Origin: Candidatus Nealsonbacteria bacterium
Lineage (GTDB): Bacteria; Patescibacteriota; Minisyncoccia; Minisyncoccales; MHMH01
DNA: 14,646 bases
NCBI GenBank assembly: GCA_030700195.1
Contig: JAUYKD010000019.1
Location: forward strand, 1 to 14,646
Reading direction: 5' to 3'
Shown: positions 13,910-14,646 of the stretch, one piece after another
Numbering within the stretch: position 1 is the stretch's first letter
How the letters are laid out: each line of letters begins with the position of its first letter
Position numbers and translations under genes: made by a program
The notes under the pieces: generated by a model
What the model saw: only the letters and a program-made list of their open reading frames with translations
Databases searched by the model: none
What the model was told of the DNA's origin: nothing

Positions 13910-13937
13910 ATTTTATTCCTTTTTATCAAAAAGTCAA
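13910..13937 (-). promoter_or_regulatory. putative internal promoter for ftsW
   Basis: On the minus strand: TTGACT (complement of 13932-13937), 16-nt spacer, TAAAAT (complement of 13910-13915), about 60 nt upstream of ATG 13846. Confidence 0.45.
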
Positions 13938-13962
13938 GCACCGAGCGAGGCGAAGCCGAGCA

Positions 13963-13987
13963 AAGGTAAAGATGACCGAAGGTCATC
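13963..13987 (-). terminator. hairpin terminator module downstream of murD
   Basis: GATGACC-GAA-GGTCATC (13971-13987). On the minus strand it is followed by CUUUACCUUUG. It shares the 13-nt string AAGGTAAAGATGA with the 9674-9686 module. Confidence 0.5.
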
Positions 13988-14001
13988 GACTGACGAACGG
14001 G

Positions 14002-14646
14002 TTAAGCTTTAACGAACTTTTTAAATAAATCCCCCCGTTCCTCGTAATCTTTAAAAACACCAAAGCTGGGAGAAGCCGGAGATAACAAACAAATCTTATT
14101 TTTGTTCGTATGTTTAAAAGCCAGTCTGACCGCGTTTTCCATATCATTCACAAAAAAGGAGCCGAGCTCTTTTTTTTGAAAAGAGCTAAGTTCCTTCCAA
14201 CTCCGTTCACCGGTGGTCGGGAACAAAATTAAGGTTTTAACTTTGCTTTTTTTGATTCTTTCTCCTAATTTTTTAAAGTTCAGTTCCCTATCGTACCCGC
14301 CTAAAATCAATGTCTGTACTTTATTTCCCAAATAATCCAACGCTTCAATCGTTGTTTGGGGAATAGTTGAAAGAGAATCATTGTAAAACTCAATCCCTTT
14401 AAATTTGCCGACAAACTCCAAACGGTGAGGCAGAAGCTTGAACTTTTTTAATTCAGGAACTTTGAATAATTTAGCAACTTTTTTTGTTGCCTCAACGTTC
14501 AATTGATAATACTTGCCTTTTATGGGGATTTTCTTTGCTTTTGATTCCCGGGCTATTTTACTAATAAGAGGATCTTGAGAATTGTATATTAAATAATCAT
14601 TTTTCGTTTGGTATTTAGCAATATTGGCTTTAGCTAAAACATATTC
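14002..14646 (-). CDS. murD: UDP-N-acetylmuramoylalanine--D-glutamate ligase, C-terminal 214 codons; the 5' part lies right of the window
   Basis: The minus frame is open from base 14646 (EYVLAKANIAKYQTKNDYLIYNSQDP...) to TAA at 14002-14004. The track start at 14502 is an internal TTG. Mur ligase C-domain motifs LPHRLEFV, NDSLSTIP and LILGGYDRE. dcw context. Confidence 0.9.
   Translation of the reverse strand, partial: EYVLAKANIAKYQTKNDYLIYNSQDPLISKIARESKAKKIPIKGKYYQLNVEATKKVAKLFKVPELKKFKLLPHRLEFVGKFKGIEFYNDSLSTIPQTTIEALDYLGNKVQTLILGGYDRELNFKKLGERIKKSKVKTLILFPTTGERSWKELSSFQKKELGSFFVNDMENAVRLAFKHTNKNKICLLSPASPSFGVFKDYEERGDLFKKFVKA

Noticed and set aside
1-14646. Looked for CRISPR arrays, long tandem repeats, rRNA/tRNA genes, and known defence, toxin-antitoxin or phage structural gene signatures.
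   Set aside because: I could see none by eye. A tRNAscan-SE/Infernal/DefenseFinder run would be needed to exclude small or divergent examples.

Overview
AT-rich bacterial chromosomal segment read with the standard code: TGA ends pyrG, gltX, ftsW and the recombinase at sensible positions. Gene content and protein style point to a Patescibacteria/CPR (Parcubacteria-type) genome. This is inference from the sequence, not a database result. Supporting traits are short K/I/E-rich housekeeping proteins, a XerC/D-like integrase, an IS200/RAYT-like gene tail, and murD-ftsW-murG followed directly by gltX. The plus-strand block runs 1-6497: transposase-like 3' end, ctpA, rplI, pyrG, convergent rpmA on the minus strand, then a tight cluster of small membrane ORF, geranylgeranyl-reductase-like gene, uppS and an unknown TIM-barrel-like gene. 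The minus-strand block runs 6651-14646: MFS transporter, a 74-aa orphan with a divergent plus-strand 95-aa HEAT-repeat orphan, tyrosine recombinase, a Trp-rich secreted protein, gltX, murG, ftsW and partial murD. I saw no rRNA, tRNA, CRISPR array or recognisable defence system. Most unexplained structure is intergenic. (1) An orphan promoter plus perfect-SD cassette at 6498-6650 has mirror-image 19-codon ORFs and phased TGAs. (2) A 15-bp perfect inverted repeat clamps the start of the small ORF at 3997. (3) A 10-bp direct repeat brackets the recombinase with its two orphan genes. (4) A family of GC-rich triloop hairpins shares a 13-nt module, and one copy overlaps a G-quadruplex motif. All functional readings of these are hypotheses.
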